A stretch of 15,240 nt of DNA from Candidatus Heimdallarchaeota archaeon (GCA_019057375.1 DXJF01000025.1:1-15240), one strand, 5' to 3'. Positions 1-8,241 are shown, counted from the first letter of the stretch. The notes: a model not told the origin generated them from the letters alone. Made by a program: numbers and translations.

Positions 1-122
1 AGATTAGATACTGTTGCTGAAACTAAAATTAATGCAACACTAATCACTAATCCCTTTGTATATCTACTCAGGTTATCTGTAAGTAATGCTGGTTCGATAT
101 AGGCTGGTTCGTCACCACTCAT
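1..122 (-). CDS. Membrane protein, 5' part only (runs off the left edge); not in the ORF track
   Basis: Manual translation from ATG at 122: MSGDEPAYIEPALLTDNLSRYTKGLVISVALILVSATVSN..., open to the edge. In-frame TAA upstream at 143-141. GTGAT SD-like element just upstream. A hydrophobic helix begins at about residue 24 and resembles the N-termini of the 275 and 2150 proteins. Confidence 0.75.
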   Translation of the reverse strand, partial: MSGDEPAYIEPALLTDNLSRYTKGLVISVALILVSATVSN

Positions 123-230
123 AATTATCACATCATTTTCTTAAAACATGGCATATATACAAGAGAATTAATAAGTTTTTAGCTTAAAAGAATGTAATTC
201 CAAGAGCTCAATGTAAAGATGATTATTGGT

Positions 231-246
231 AAAGAATGTTTAAATA
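231..246 (+). promoter_or_regulatory. Archaeal BRE + TATA box for the gene at 275
   Basis: AAAGAATG followed by TTTAAATA (239-246), ending 29 nt before ATG 275. This is the spacing expected for a near-leaderless archaeal transcript. Confidence 0.6.
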
Positions 247-274
247 ACACTTTTCAGAATAATCAATTTGAATC

Positions 275-1015
275 ATGACAGTTACAAAAAATAGTAAATC
301 AGTGCTTTACCATGCAAAAAGAAATTTGAGTATTACTTCCTTAGTACTTGTAAGCATCAGTGTTTTCTATATTATTTTTGATTCAGTAGTTAGCATTTGT
401 TGGTTTGTATTGGGGATTTTAGGATATCCTATTGGAGCTCTGTATAAATCATATATTGTATTTGTCATAATATCCTTAGTTCTATTTTGCCTTCTATTGA
501 TTGGTTTATGTTGTTTTGGGGCATTCTACAACTCATTAAAGAAATTCAATCAAGAATTGGCTTCAAAAATAAATATTAGTTCAATAATACTCATCATAGC
601 TACTCTTTTAGAAATTTTTGTTTTCATTATAAGATTTATGCCAGCTTTTTATGCTTCTATTCTACCCCTTCCTTATATAATTCGAGTATTTTCTGGTATC
701 CTGTTTATGCTGAGTTTCTACTTAATTTATAATGTTGAAAGAGATTTTTATACTAAAGGGAAATATTCAGAAAAACCAACTCCAATACTATTTATTTCAG
801 GAATAATGTTTTTCATAATCTATGTAGTTGAGCTTATCATTTTCAGTATTAATATCCCTCTTAAAAACAATCTATCTTTAGCTTTAGCTCTAACATTTAC
901 AATTCTTTTATATGGTTCATTTGCTACAGGTATGCTCTTCTTCAAATCTAGCTTAAGCAGCTTAAAGGAAAGCAAAGGAAGAATCTATGAATCCACTGGA
1001 GGATCTATCAAATAA
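275..1015 (+). CDS. Multi-pass membrane protein (about 6-7 TM), paralogue of 2150-3088, apparently truncated before a C-terminal zinc ribbon
   Basis: 246-aa ORF with alternating hydrophobic segments. Segments such as HAKR and FYLIY...KGKYSEKPTPILFISGIM align by eye with the 2150 protein. Confidence 0.8.
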   Translation: MTVTKNSKSVLYHAKRNLSITSLVLVSISVFYIIFDSVVSICWFVLGILGYPIGALYKSYIVFVIISLVLFCLLLIGLCCFGAFYNSLKKFNQELASKINISSIILIIATLLEIFVFIIRFMPAFYASILPLPYIIRVFSGILFMLSFYLIYNVERDFYTKGKYSEKPTPILFISGIMFFIIYVVELIIFSINIPLKNNLSLALALTFTILLYGSFATGMLFFKSSLSSLKESKGRIYESTGGSIK

Positions 1016-1102
1016 CCAAATCTAGATTTCTGTTCCAATTGTGGTCTACGAATAGAAAAAGCTCAAAAAATTTGTAGCAACTGAGGAGAAGAAAATCCAT
1101 AA
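1016..1102 (+). pseudogene. Stranded, interrupted zinc-ribbon coding segment in frame with 275-1015
   Basis: After TAA 1013-1015 the same frame reads PNLDFCSNCGLRIEKAQKICSN*GEENP*, with TGA (1082-1084) at the fourth Cys position. It matches the intact FCPHCG-x8-FCTKCG ribbon of the 2150 protein. Confidence 0.75.
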
Positions 1103-1113
1103 TACTTAAAGCA

Positions 1114-2112
1114 TTGATTTACTTGCTTTTTTTAGGATTGAGATATTTGGGTGTAATTGAGAGAATTAAGAAATTCATCTTTAATAAAACAGGTATACCT
1201 CGTTTTGAGAAAATAATTGAATTGGAAAATTCATTGGTTGAGAAGGAAGGATCAATTAGTTTTTCAGAAAAATCTCCTATACGTTTTGATATACCAATTG
1301 AATTTACTAAAAGAGAAGGGATTGATGTTCCTTTGACGCCAAAGACAATGCCTCATATCTTATCTAGTATGAAAAATATGAAACAAGCAATAAATAATCT
1401 TGAAGGTAATTTAAAAGATCCAAGAAATACTATTGGAGAAAGTGAGTTCAAAGAATTGGAAAGTTTCATTAAATCTCTCAATATCTCAGGAATAGGTTAT
1501 ACTAAAGTCCCTAGGGAGTATATATTTTCCAAGAAAGCTGTTGCTTATGAAAATGCTATTGTCTTAGCTATGAATATGAATAAAGAGAAAATTAGTACAG
1601 CACCTAGTAAGAAAGCCTTGAAAAATATCTGGCAAACTTACGATGCTCTTGGTGTAGCTGCGAATAAAATAGCTCGATATCTAAGAAAAAAAGGATTTGC
1701 TTCTCATGCTTCTCACCCTCTTGGTGGAATAGTTTTATATCCTCGTTTGGCAGAAAAAGCAGGTATGGGGGCTTTTGGTAAAGCAGGGATTCTAATAACT
1801 CCCATTAATGGTCCTACTTTGCGCTTAACAGCTGTATATACTAATATTGAAAATTTACCCTTGAATGAGGGTAATGAACATCTCTGGGTGAGAGATTTTT
1901 GTGAGCAGTGCAATAAATGTATCAAAGCATGTCCTCCCGGAGCAATATATGAAGAAGCAATAGAGCATGATTCTGGTAGAGTTACACACATAGATAACGA
2001 AAAATGCTTTCCTTATTTTGGGAACAATTTTGCATGCACAATTTGCATTCGTGTTTGCCCATTTCAGATGACAAGATATGACAAAGTAAAAAAGAGCTTT
2101 GAGAAGAAATAA
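1114..2112 (+). CDS. Short reductive dehalogenase (RdhA)/QueG-superfamily protein: predicted cobalamin-binding domain plus two [4Fe-4S] clusters
   Basis: Ferredoxin motifs FCEQCNKCIKACP and C...CTICIRVCPF. RdhA-like segments AIVLAMNMNKEKISTAPS, TYDALGVAANKIARYLRKKGF and AGMGAFGKAGILITPINGPTLRL. No twin-arginine signal. The start is uncertain (TTG 1114, 1138 or 1147). Confidence 0.75.
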   Translation: MIYLLFLGLRYLGVIERIKKFIFNKTGIPRFEKIIELENSLVEKEGSISFSEKSPIRFDIPIEFTKREGIDVPLTPKTMPHILSSMKNMKQAINNLEGNLKDPRNTIGESEFKELESFIKSLNISGIGYTKVPREYIFSKKAVAYENAIVLAMNMNKEKISTAPSKKALKNIWQTYDALGVAANKIARYLRKKGFASHASHPLGGIVLYPRLAEKAGMGAFGKAGILITPINGPTLRLTAVYTNIENLPLNEGNEHLWVRDFCEQCNKCIKACPPGAIYEEAIEHDSGRVTHIDNEKCFPYFGNNFACTICIRVCPFQMTRYDKVKKSFEKK

Positions 2113-2149
2113 AATCAATAAGGAGGAATGAAATATCCATAGCAATATT

Positions 2150-3088
2150 ATGATTGGTCCATCTATCTACAACGTTAAAAACAAAATGAGTCAGCATGCA
2201 AAACGACTTGGATACATTCAGATTATTCTCTTTGGTTCAATAATAACTATGATTGGAGTATTCTATGCTTTAATCTATTCCATTCTTAGCATTTCTCCTG
2301 AACTGTTGAATGATCCTGCATACCTTGAACAGCTAGCTATGGAACTAGTAGAACATCATATGAACATCCTTTCAATAGCTTTTATTGCAATGTTCGTTGC
2401 ATTAGCTTCTGGTATAATGTATCTTGTTTCTTTCTTTCAATTAGCATCAAGTTTTACACTTCTAGCAAAAGCTGAACATAGAGTCTCTAAGCCTGCAAAT
2501 AATGCAAGCAATTTGATCAGAATATCGATAGTACTTCAACTGGTAGGGATTTTCCTACCTTTAATCACAGGCGTAGGATTAATTTATCTCCCAGAAATTC
2601 TACTAATTTTTGCGTTTGCTCTGATCACCATAGCATATTATAACATTACTAAAACATTTAACCAACTCAAGGAAATTGGAGTGTTCCCAAAGAAAGCAAG
2701 TAAACTTTTATTCTACTCCCAATTAGTTCCACTTCTTTCAGTGATACCTCTTTCTTTTAGTGTCTCAGAATTAACTTCTGGCATAAATGTTACATTAACA
2801 CCCTTAATCATCGCTGCTATAATCATAATAGGTGGAACCATAGGAGTTGCATTTGGATTCTTCAGATTAAGTTCTGATGCATTACTAATAGCAGCTGATA
2901 TCAGAACTGAATATGATCCAAACACCAAAACTATCTTTATGGAACAAGAAGTCAAACCACAATATCTTCCTGAACTAGAACTTGTAGATAGTGATGAAGT
3001 TGAAGCTAAGTTTTGCCCCCACTGTGGAGTGAAAATTAGAGAAAAGAAGAAATTTTGCACGAAATGTGGTGCAAACGTAGATAACTAG
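2150..3088 (+). CDS. Multi-pass membrane protein with C-terminal zinc ribbon
   Basis: Several TM segments, an acidic linker (PELELVDSDEVEAK), then CPHC-x10-CTKC at the C-terminus. Confidence 0.85.
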   Translation: MIGPSIYNVKNKMSQHAKRLGYIQIILFGSIITMIGVFYALIYSILSISPELLNDPAYLEQLAMELVEHHMNILSIAFIAMFVALASGIMYLVSFFQLASSFTLLAKAEHRVSKPANNASNLIRISIVLQLVGIFLPLITGVGLIYLPEILLIFAFALITIAYYNITKTFNQLKEIGVFPKKASKLLFYSQLVPLLSVIPLSFSVSELTSGINVTLTPLIIAAIIIIGGTIGVAFGFFRLSSDALLIAADIRTEYDPNTKTIFMEQEVKPQYLPELELVDSDEVEAKFCPHCGVKIREKKKFCTKCGANVDN

Positions 3089-3291
3089 TAGTCACTACTT
3101 CTTGTGAAGAATACAATTATTGCAGGTACTACTAGAATTACTCCTCCTATCAAAAGCCAAAGTGTTACTTTGTCTTGTCTTGAAGAATATATGAACACAT
3201 TGATCACAAACAGCAAAATTCCGATTCCAGCAATTATCATTACAGTTCTATACAACCAATTTGGATAGTCAAAATCTAAACCACAAACCAT
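3085..3291 (-). CDS. Small two-TM membrane protein (68 aa)
   Basis: ATG start and two clear hydrophobic helices. It fills the gap between neighbours, and its stop overlaps the 2150 gene's stop in a shared CTAG. Confidence 0.65.
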   Translation of the reverse strand: MVCGLDFDYPNWLYRTVMIIAGIGILLFVINVFIYSSRQDKVTLWLLIGGVILVVPAIIVFFTRSSDY

Positions 3292-3400
3292 TTTTATTCT
3301 ACCTGCTTTCTGAGTATAATTTCTGTTATTTGATTAGTTTATAACTTTTGTCAAACGATTTTGCCGAAGCTTTTTTTTAGTACTAGCGAAAAATAATATT

Positions 3401-4492
3401 ATGGCAATTTTATTTACTTCTTTCAACTTGGGAAAGTTAGAAATTAAAAACAGGTTTGTTCGATCAGCTACTACTTCTTATTGGTCGGAAGATGATGGGA
3501 TTTTAACAGATCAAATCTTAGAACATTACAATAAATTATCCAAAGGTAATATCGGATTGATAATCAAAGGTCATTCATATGTTACCGAAAAAGGCAAAGC
3601 TCACGAGAAACAATCAGGACTCAGTTCAGAAATTCATTTACCCAGAATGAGGGAATTAACCAAACTTGTACACGCTAACGGTTCAAAAATAATTGCTCAA
3701 ATTAACCATGCAGGGTATACCTCTATTAACGATAGAGCTACTGCTTCATTTTATGAACTAGATGATAAACAAGCTAGGGAATTGTCTCTAGAAGAAATTG
3801 AACATATCATTTTAGATTTTGGAAATGCAGCTAAACTAGCAATCGATGCAGGTTTTGATGGAGTACAGATTCATGCAGCTCATGGATATCTCATTTCACA
3901 ATTTCTATCTGATAGGATAAACAAAAGAGAAGACGAATATGGGGGTACTCTAGAAAATAGAATGAAACTTCTCTTAGATGTTTACACAGAAGTAAGAAAA
4001 CAATTGGGAGAAGAAGCAATTATTGGTGTCAAGATAAACACTGATGATTTTGCGCCTGAAGAAGGAGTAAGAGTTGAAGATATACTAATTGTTCTCAAGA
4101 AACTCCATGAACTAGGGTTAACTTTTGCTGAGTTGAGTGGGGGAGGACCAGAACAAGAACGCAAGATGCGTGAATCAAGAGGAAGAGCAGCTGAAGATAG
4201 CGGTTACTTTGAAGCTACTTGGGGCGGTCATGCTAAGAAAATTAGATCAGCAGTTGCCAATCTCCCATTAATTCTTGTTTCTGGAATTAGAACTAGACAA
4301 ACTATGGATTTTCTGGTAGAAAACAATATTGTAAATTTAATTTCAATGAGTAAGCCTTTCATTAATGAACCAGATTTCGTTAATCTCTTAGAAAAAGGAC
4401 AAGATAAAGCTTCGTGCATAGACTGCTTCAAATGTATCTCAAGAAAAAATTTTGCTAAAACTATGTTAAGATGTTTTCACAAGTATCCTTAA
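3401..4492 (+). CDS. NADH:flavin oxidoreductase, Old Yellow Enzyme family
   Basis: Motifs KNRFVRSAT, QINHAG, GFDGVQIHAAHGYLISQFLS and NKREDEYGGTLENRMK. C-terminal CIDCFKC-x12-C. Confidence 0.95.
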   Translation: MAILFTSFNLGKLEIKNRFVRSATTSYWSEDDGILTDQILEHYNKLSKGNIGLIIKGHSYVTEKGKAHEKQSGLSSEIHLPRMRELTKLVHANGSKIIAQINHAGYTSINDRATASFYELDDKQARELSLEEIEHIILDFGNAAKLAIDAGFDGVQIHAAHGYLISQFLSDRINKREDEYGGTLENRMKLLLDVYTEVRKQLGEEAIIGVKINTDDFAPEEGVRVEDILIVLKKLHELGLTFAELSGGGPEQERKMRESRGRAAEDSGYFEATWGGHAKKIRSAVANLPLILVSGIRTRQTMDFLVENNIVNLISMSKPFINEPDFVNLLEKGQDKASCIDCFKCISRKNFAKTMLRCFHKYP

Positions 4493-4515
4493 TACTCCTT
4501 TTCCTTTAGCTTAAC

Positions 4516-4524
4516 TTTTTTAAA
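4516..4524 (+). promoter_or_regulatory. T-tract/TATA element (possible OYE terminator and TATA box for the next gene)
   Basis: TTTTTTAAA lies within a pyrimidine-rich stretch after the OYE stop and ends 29 nt before ATG 4553. Confidence 0.4.
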
Positions 4525-4552
4525 GTTGAATCACTATATACAATCGGGAACT

Positions 4553-5578
4553 ATGGCAGCCTACCTCAAGGAATCTATTCGACCTATTGTTCGTAGACTC
4601 ATAGAGGAGGCTTGGGAAGTTAGGGAAGGAGAAAAGTTTCTAATAATAAGTGATTATCCTACTCCAGAAGATTTTGTTAATAAACCAACGTCTATTCTAG
4701 AATCAATTGTTGAAAGGAATTTGTTAGCAAAAAAACTCTATGAATGTATAGTGGAGATTGCTCCTTGTGAAACAGAGTTATATTTTATTAAACCAACTTA
4801 TGAACATTATAAGGATCCTGAAGATGAACAGTTGTCTCAGAAGATATCTGAATCAGACATCGTCTTAACTCTTACAGAATTTTCTCTTACAAATGTTCCT
4901 TCGCTTGCAATACCTTTACAACAGAATAAAATCAGGCATATTTCAGCTCCTTTAATTCCTGTAGATGTCTTCTTTCCAGGTGGTCCTTTAGATGTTGATT
5001 TACATGAAATAGAAAGGTTAACAACAAAATTATTTAGTCTAGTTCAAGGTGCGAGAAAGCTCGAGTTTTTTGATATAGCAGGAAGCTATCTCTCCCTAGA
5101 ATTTAAGGAACCAATTGATTGGTTATGGGAATCAGGTTTTGTTACTTCAGCAGGTATGTTCTCTAATTTACCTGCTGGTGAAATCACTCTTGAATTACCA
5201 TATAAGCAAAATTCCTGTATCATGAATGGGACTTTGAATATTTTTCCTGGATGGTCAGAAGAGCTAACACAATTATTAACCTTAGTCTTCAAAGATAGTA
5301 GATTAGTTGATGTAGTTGGTGGAGGTAAAATTATTGGTGATCATATTCAAGAAATGATTAAGACTGAGGATGTAAGAATTATTCAAATGGGTATAGGAAC
5401 TAATTCTCAAGCAAAAGATCCATTCTGTGCTACTGTAGCTGATAAATTCATTGGTATGCTTCATGTAGCTCTCTATCCTGATACAAGAGTTGATCATTAT
5501 TATTTTCCAATATCAAAAATCAGAATAAATGACAGAGAGTATACTAGAAATGAGTTGTTCGAAACTAAATCTCTTTAA
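4553..5578 (+). CDS. M29 (aminopeptidase T/AmpS, thermophilic metalloprotease)-like protein with altered metal ligands
   Basis: NLPAGE, QMGIGTN...AK and DKFIGMLHVAL match the M29-like C-terminal domain pattern (NLPxGE, ELGIGTN, EKxxGTxHxAxG). I prefer ATG 4553 to TTG 4526 because of TATA spacing. Confidence 0.65.
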   Translation: MAAYLKESIRPIVRRLIEEAWEVREGEKFLIISDYPTPEDFVNKPTSILESIVERNLLAKKLYECIVEIAPCETELYFIKPTYEHYKDPEDEQLSQKISESDIVLTLTEFSLTNVPSLAIPLQQNKIRHISAPLIPVDVFFPGGPLDVDLHEIERLTTKLFSLVQGARKLEFFDIAGSYLSLEFKEPIDWLWESGFVTSAGMFSNLPAGEITLELPYKQNSCIMNGTLNIFPGWSEELTQLLTLVFKDSRLVDVVGGGKIIGDHIQEMIKTEDVRIIQMGIGTNSQAKDPFCATVADKFIGMLHVALYPDTRVDHYYFPISKIRINDREYTRNELFETKSL

Positions 5579-6534
5579 TCGTATACTTCTGGATTGACTA
5601 TATTTTTAGGTTTGTTACCCTTTAAAGCATCAACCAAATTTTCAGCAGCTATAATAGCCATCTTGGTTCTAGTTTCCAAACTAGCAGAACCAAGATGAGG
5701 GATGAGAACAACATTGTTCAATTCTATTAAATCAGGATTGATCTTAGGTTCATCGTAGAAAACATCCAAAGCCGCTCCAGCAATTTTCTTCTCTTTGAGA
5801 GCTCTGATAAGTTGAATCTCATCTATCATTTTTCCTCTGGCGGTATTAATCAGATAAGCTGTTGGTTTCATCATATCCAGTTCTTTTTCTGATATTAAAT
5901 GGTGGGTTTCTTCAGTGTAAGGAGCATGAATAGTTACATAATCAGAAGTTTTGAGAAGTTTATCAAAAGAAACAAATCTTGCTCCTTTACTCTCTTCTTC
6001 AGGGTATCTTGATCTACTTGTATAGATGATGTTCATGTTGAAGCCTTGTGCTCTTTGAGCAACAGCTTTACCGATTCTTCCAAAGCCTATTATTCCTAGA
6101 GTTTTTCCAACAAAATCTCCTCCAAGTAGTAGAAGAGGATCCCATCCCTTCCATCTTCCTTCTCTAAGATATTTATCTGATTCGACTATTTTTCTAGAAA
6201 TAGCCAAGATTAATGCAAATGTCAAATCAGCTGTTGCATCCGTTAATACACCTGGAGTATTTGTTACAGGGATTTTCCTTTTTGTAGCTGCAGAAACATC
6301 AATATTGTCAATTCCAACAGCATAATTAGCTATAGCTTTTATACCAGTTTTATCCATAATGTTTGCATCAATTGTATCTGTAAGAAGTGGAAGGATTCCT
6401 TCACATCCTTTTGCTCTTTTTATTAGCTCTTCATGAGATATTGGACTATCACCCTCAAAAACGTCAACTTCGAAATTTTCTCTTAAAATCTCTAAACCAG
6501 ATTCAGGAATTCTTCTTGTAATAAAAACTTTCAT
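5575..6534 (-). CDS. gyaR: Glyoxylate reductase / D-isomer-specific 2-hydroxyacid dehydrogenase
   Basis: MKVFITRRIP start, VGIDNID, TNTPGVLTDATAD, GIIGFGRIG (NAD binding), INTARG, ALDVF and PHLGSAS. Confidence 0.92.
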   Translation of the reverse strand: MKVFITRRIPESGLEILRENFEVDVFEGDSPISHEELIKRAKGCEGILPLLTDTIDANIMDKTGIKAIANYAVGIDNIDVSAATKRKIPVTNTPGVLTDATADLTFALILAISRKIVESDKYLREGRWKGWDPLLLLGGDFVGKTLGIIGFGRIGKAVAQRAQGFNMNIIYTSRSRYPEEESKGARFVSFDKLLKTSDYVTIHAPYTEETHHLISEKELDMMKPTAYLINTARGKMIDEIQLIRALKEKKIAGAALDVFYDEPKINPDLIELNNVVLIPHLGSASLETRTKMAIIAAENLVDALKGNKPKNIVNPEVYD

Positions 6535-6601
6535 TTTATCAAAGAAGTTTTAGAGTAAAATAAAAGTCTATCTCTAACTCAGACATTATTTTTTAATGAA
6601 T

Positions 6602-6922
6602 TTACAAATTGCTATCCTTTGAATTCTGTTTTGTATAAATACTTTTGAGTAAAGATTTCAATTTTCTATATTTGATGAACCTTTTAATAGAAAAAAAAGT
6701 TAGCAAAAGAAACTCAATTCCTGAAATAGGAATGAAAACAAAATATAAAGAAATGAGAATTAAATATATATCATCACTTAAGAAGAATAATCCAAAAATT
6801 GCTCCAGTTACTGCTAAACTTATTAAAAATATCAACGAAAACTTTCCAGCAGAACGTGTTTCTTCTCTAGCTGACTCCAAAAATTCTGGACCTTTACGTT
6901 TACCTCTCTTTCTAGATATCAC
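6602..6922 (-). CDS. Small two-TM membrane protein
   Basis: GTG start, basic N-terminus, two hydrophobic helices and a basic C-terminus. Co-oriented with gyaR. The antisense 6645-6950 ORF looks like its shadow. Confidence 0.6.
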   Translation of the reverse strand: MISRKRGKRKGPEFLESAREETRSAGKFSLIFLISLAVTGAIFGLFFLSDDIYLILISLYFVFIPISGIEFLLLTFFSIKRFIKYRKLKSLLKSIYTKQNSKDSNL

Positions 6923-7237
6923 AAATTATTATAAGGGAAGGAAATTATAAAAAGATATTCTATTATCATTGTTTTATTTAAATGAAGAAGAGAACTGATA
7001 ACCTATTAGTATAATTTACCATACTATTCATGTCTCTCTTCAGGTACTAATTCAAACAAAGAGGATAAAGAGGTTAAAGACGCTTCTACATTTTCTTTCC
7101 ATAAACTGAATTATCAAAAAGAAAGGAAAGAAAAGAAAAATATGTTTTGATTATAATTAGTAAAAATAAACTTTGTTTCTGATAAAATGTTATATTTAAG
7201 ACAAAAGTTTTTCTACTAAAAAGACCTTGGTTATTTT

Positions 7238-8140
7238 GTGAGATTCAGAGGTAAGAAACTACTACTATCTATTTTAATCACATTTCTAACTTTCTCTGCA
7301 TTGTCAACTTTTGTGTTGGGTGCAACTATGACTCATAAATTTGATACTACTAATGGAACAATTATTGAGATAAAAGTAAAAATTGATTCTGTTAAATCCC
7401 AAAATGGTTTGAATGAGTTTGAGATAATAATTAATCTGATTGAACTTAACTCTGATGCTGTAAGTATTTTCAGTTTAGAAATAGATTATAAATTAGGTAC
7501 ACATTTTTCGAATACTGAAATAATTAGTGAAAATCTAACTCAAACAGGACAGACTTTAAACACAATCTCTTCGTATGAATATGATTCTGCTTGGGAGGAA
7601 GTAAATTTAGAAATTAGAATCAAATTCAATGAACATAGAGAGATAGGTGGTCAAACGATTGTAGATAATTATGAGTCAAATTGGTTGTTGTTCTTCACTC
7701 TTGAGCCTAGAACATTACTTGATGATTATCTGTGGATAATAATTACAGGGGGTTCTGTAGCAGCTGTTCTAGCTGGAACTGGAATGTTCCTCCGTGGTCG
7801 TATGAAAAGTAGAATCAAGAAAAAACGCTTACCTAAGAAAAGCAAAAATCTGTTTACTAAATTTATTAGAGAAGCTAGTACAGATAAAACTAGCGAATAT
7901 ACAAAAACTTGGAAAGAGTATGTTGTTTCATTGCACAAAATAAATCCAAATATTACAAGTAATTCAGTTCATCGATTATCAAGAGAATTACTTTCTGATA
8001 CACTAGGAGAATTATCAGAAGATCAAATGCTGAAATTACAAATAGCAATGGATAAAAAATCTAAAATTGTTCAAATACTATCAAACATTCTGAAACAGAT
8101 GAAAAGAACCAATGAAGGTCTCATCAGTAATTTGAAATAA
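7238..8140 (+). CDS. Type I single-pass membrane protein (signal peptide, beta-rich ectodomain, TM helix, basic cytoplasmic helical domain)
   Basis: MRFRGKK plus a hydrophobic leader ending VLGA. Alternating beta-strand pattern (IIEIKVKID, FEIIINLIE, VNLEIRIKF). TM segment WIIITGGSVAAVLAGTGMFL followed by RGRMKSRIKKKR. TATA-like TTATATTTAA at about 7190-7199. Confidence 0.8.
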   Translation: MRFRGKKLLLSILITFLTFSALSTFVLGATMTHKFDTTNGTIIEIKVKIDSVKSQNGLNEFEIIINLIELNSDAVSIFSLEIDYKLGTHFSNTEIISENLTQTGQTLNTISSYEYDSAWEEVNLEIRIKFNEHREIGGQTIVDNYESNWLLFFTLEPRTLLDDYLWIIITGGSVAAVLAGTGMFLRGRMKSRIKKKRLPKKSKNLFTKFIREASTDKTSEYTKTWKEYVVSLHKINPNITSNSVHRLSRELLSDTLGELSEDQMLKLQIAMDKKSKIVQILSNILKQMKRTNEGLISNLK

Positions 8141-8241
8141 GAAATCAAAATAAGAATCTATAATGGTTGGATTAATTAGCTGAAATTTTAGCAAGGGGAT
8201 TAAGTACTCAAATTAACGGACCATAGGATATTAAGTTGATT

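Noticed and set aside
1082-1084. Genome-wide reassignment of TGA to an amino acid
   Set aside because: TGA ends the XPD and Hef-like genes at natural domain ends, and none of the other recognisable genes needs TGA readthrough.
2121-2142. AGGAGG followed by a mini-ORF ATG AAA TAT CCA TAG (MKYP)
   Set aside because: The SD-like hexamer is only 1 nt from this ATG and 23 nt from ATG 2150, so it fits neither. There is no evidence for a leader peptide.
1713-2197. Minus-strand ORFs 1713-1991, 1855-2145 and 1982-2197
   Set aside because: Antisense shadows of the well-supported RdhA-like gene, with no motifs.
2713-5497. Minus-strand ORFs 2713-3060, 3982-4164, 4228-4431, 5086-5292 and 5303-5497
   Set aside because: All lie antisense within longer, better-supported genes.
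6645-6950. Plus-strand 101-aa ORF
   Set aside because: Its K/N/I-rich composition is what the antisense of the hydrophobic 6602-6922 gene would give. The minus-strand ORF has a coherent two-TM structure.
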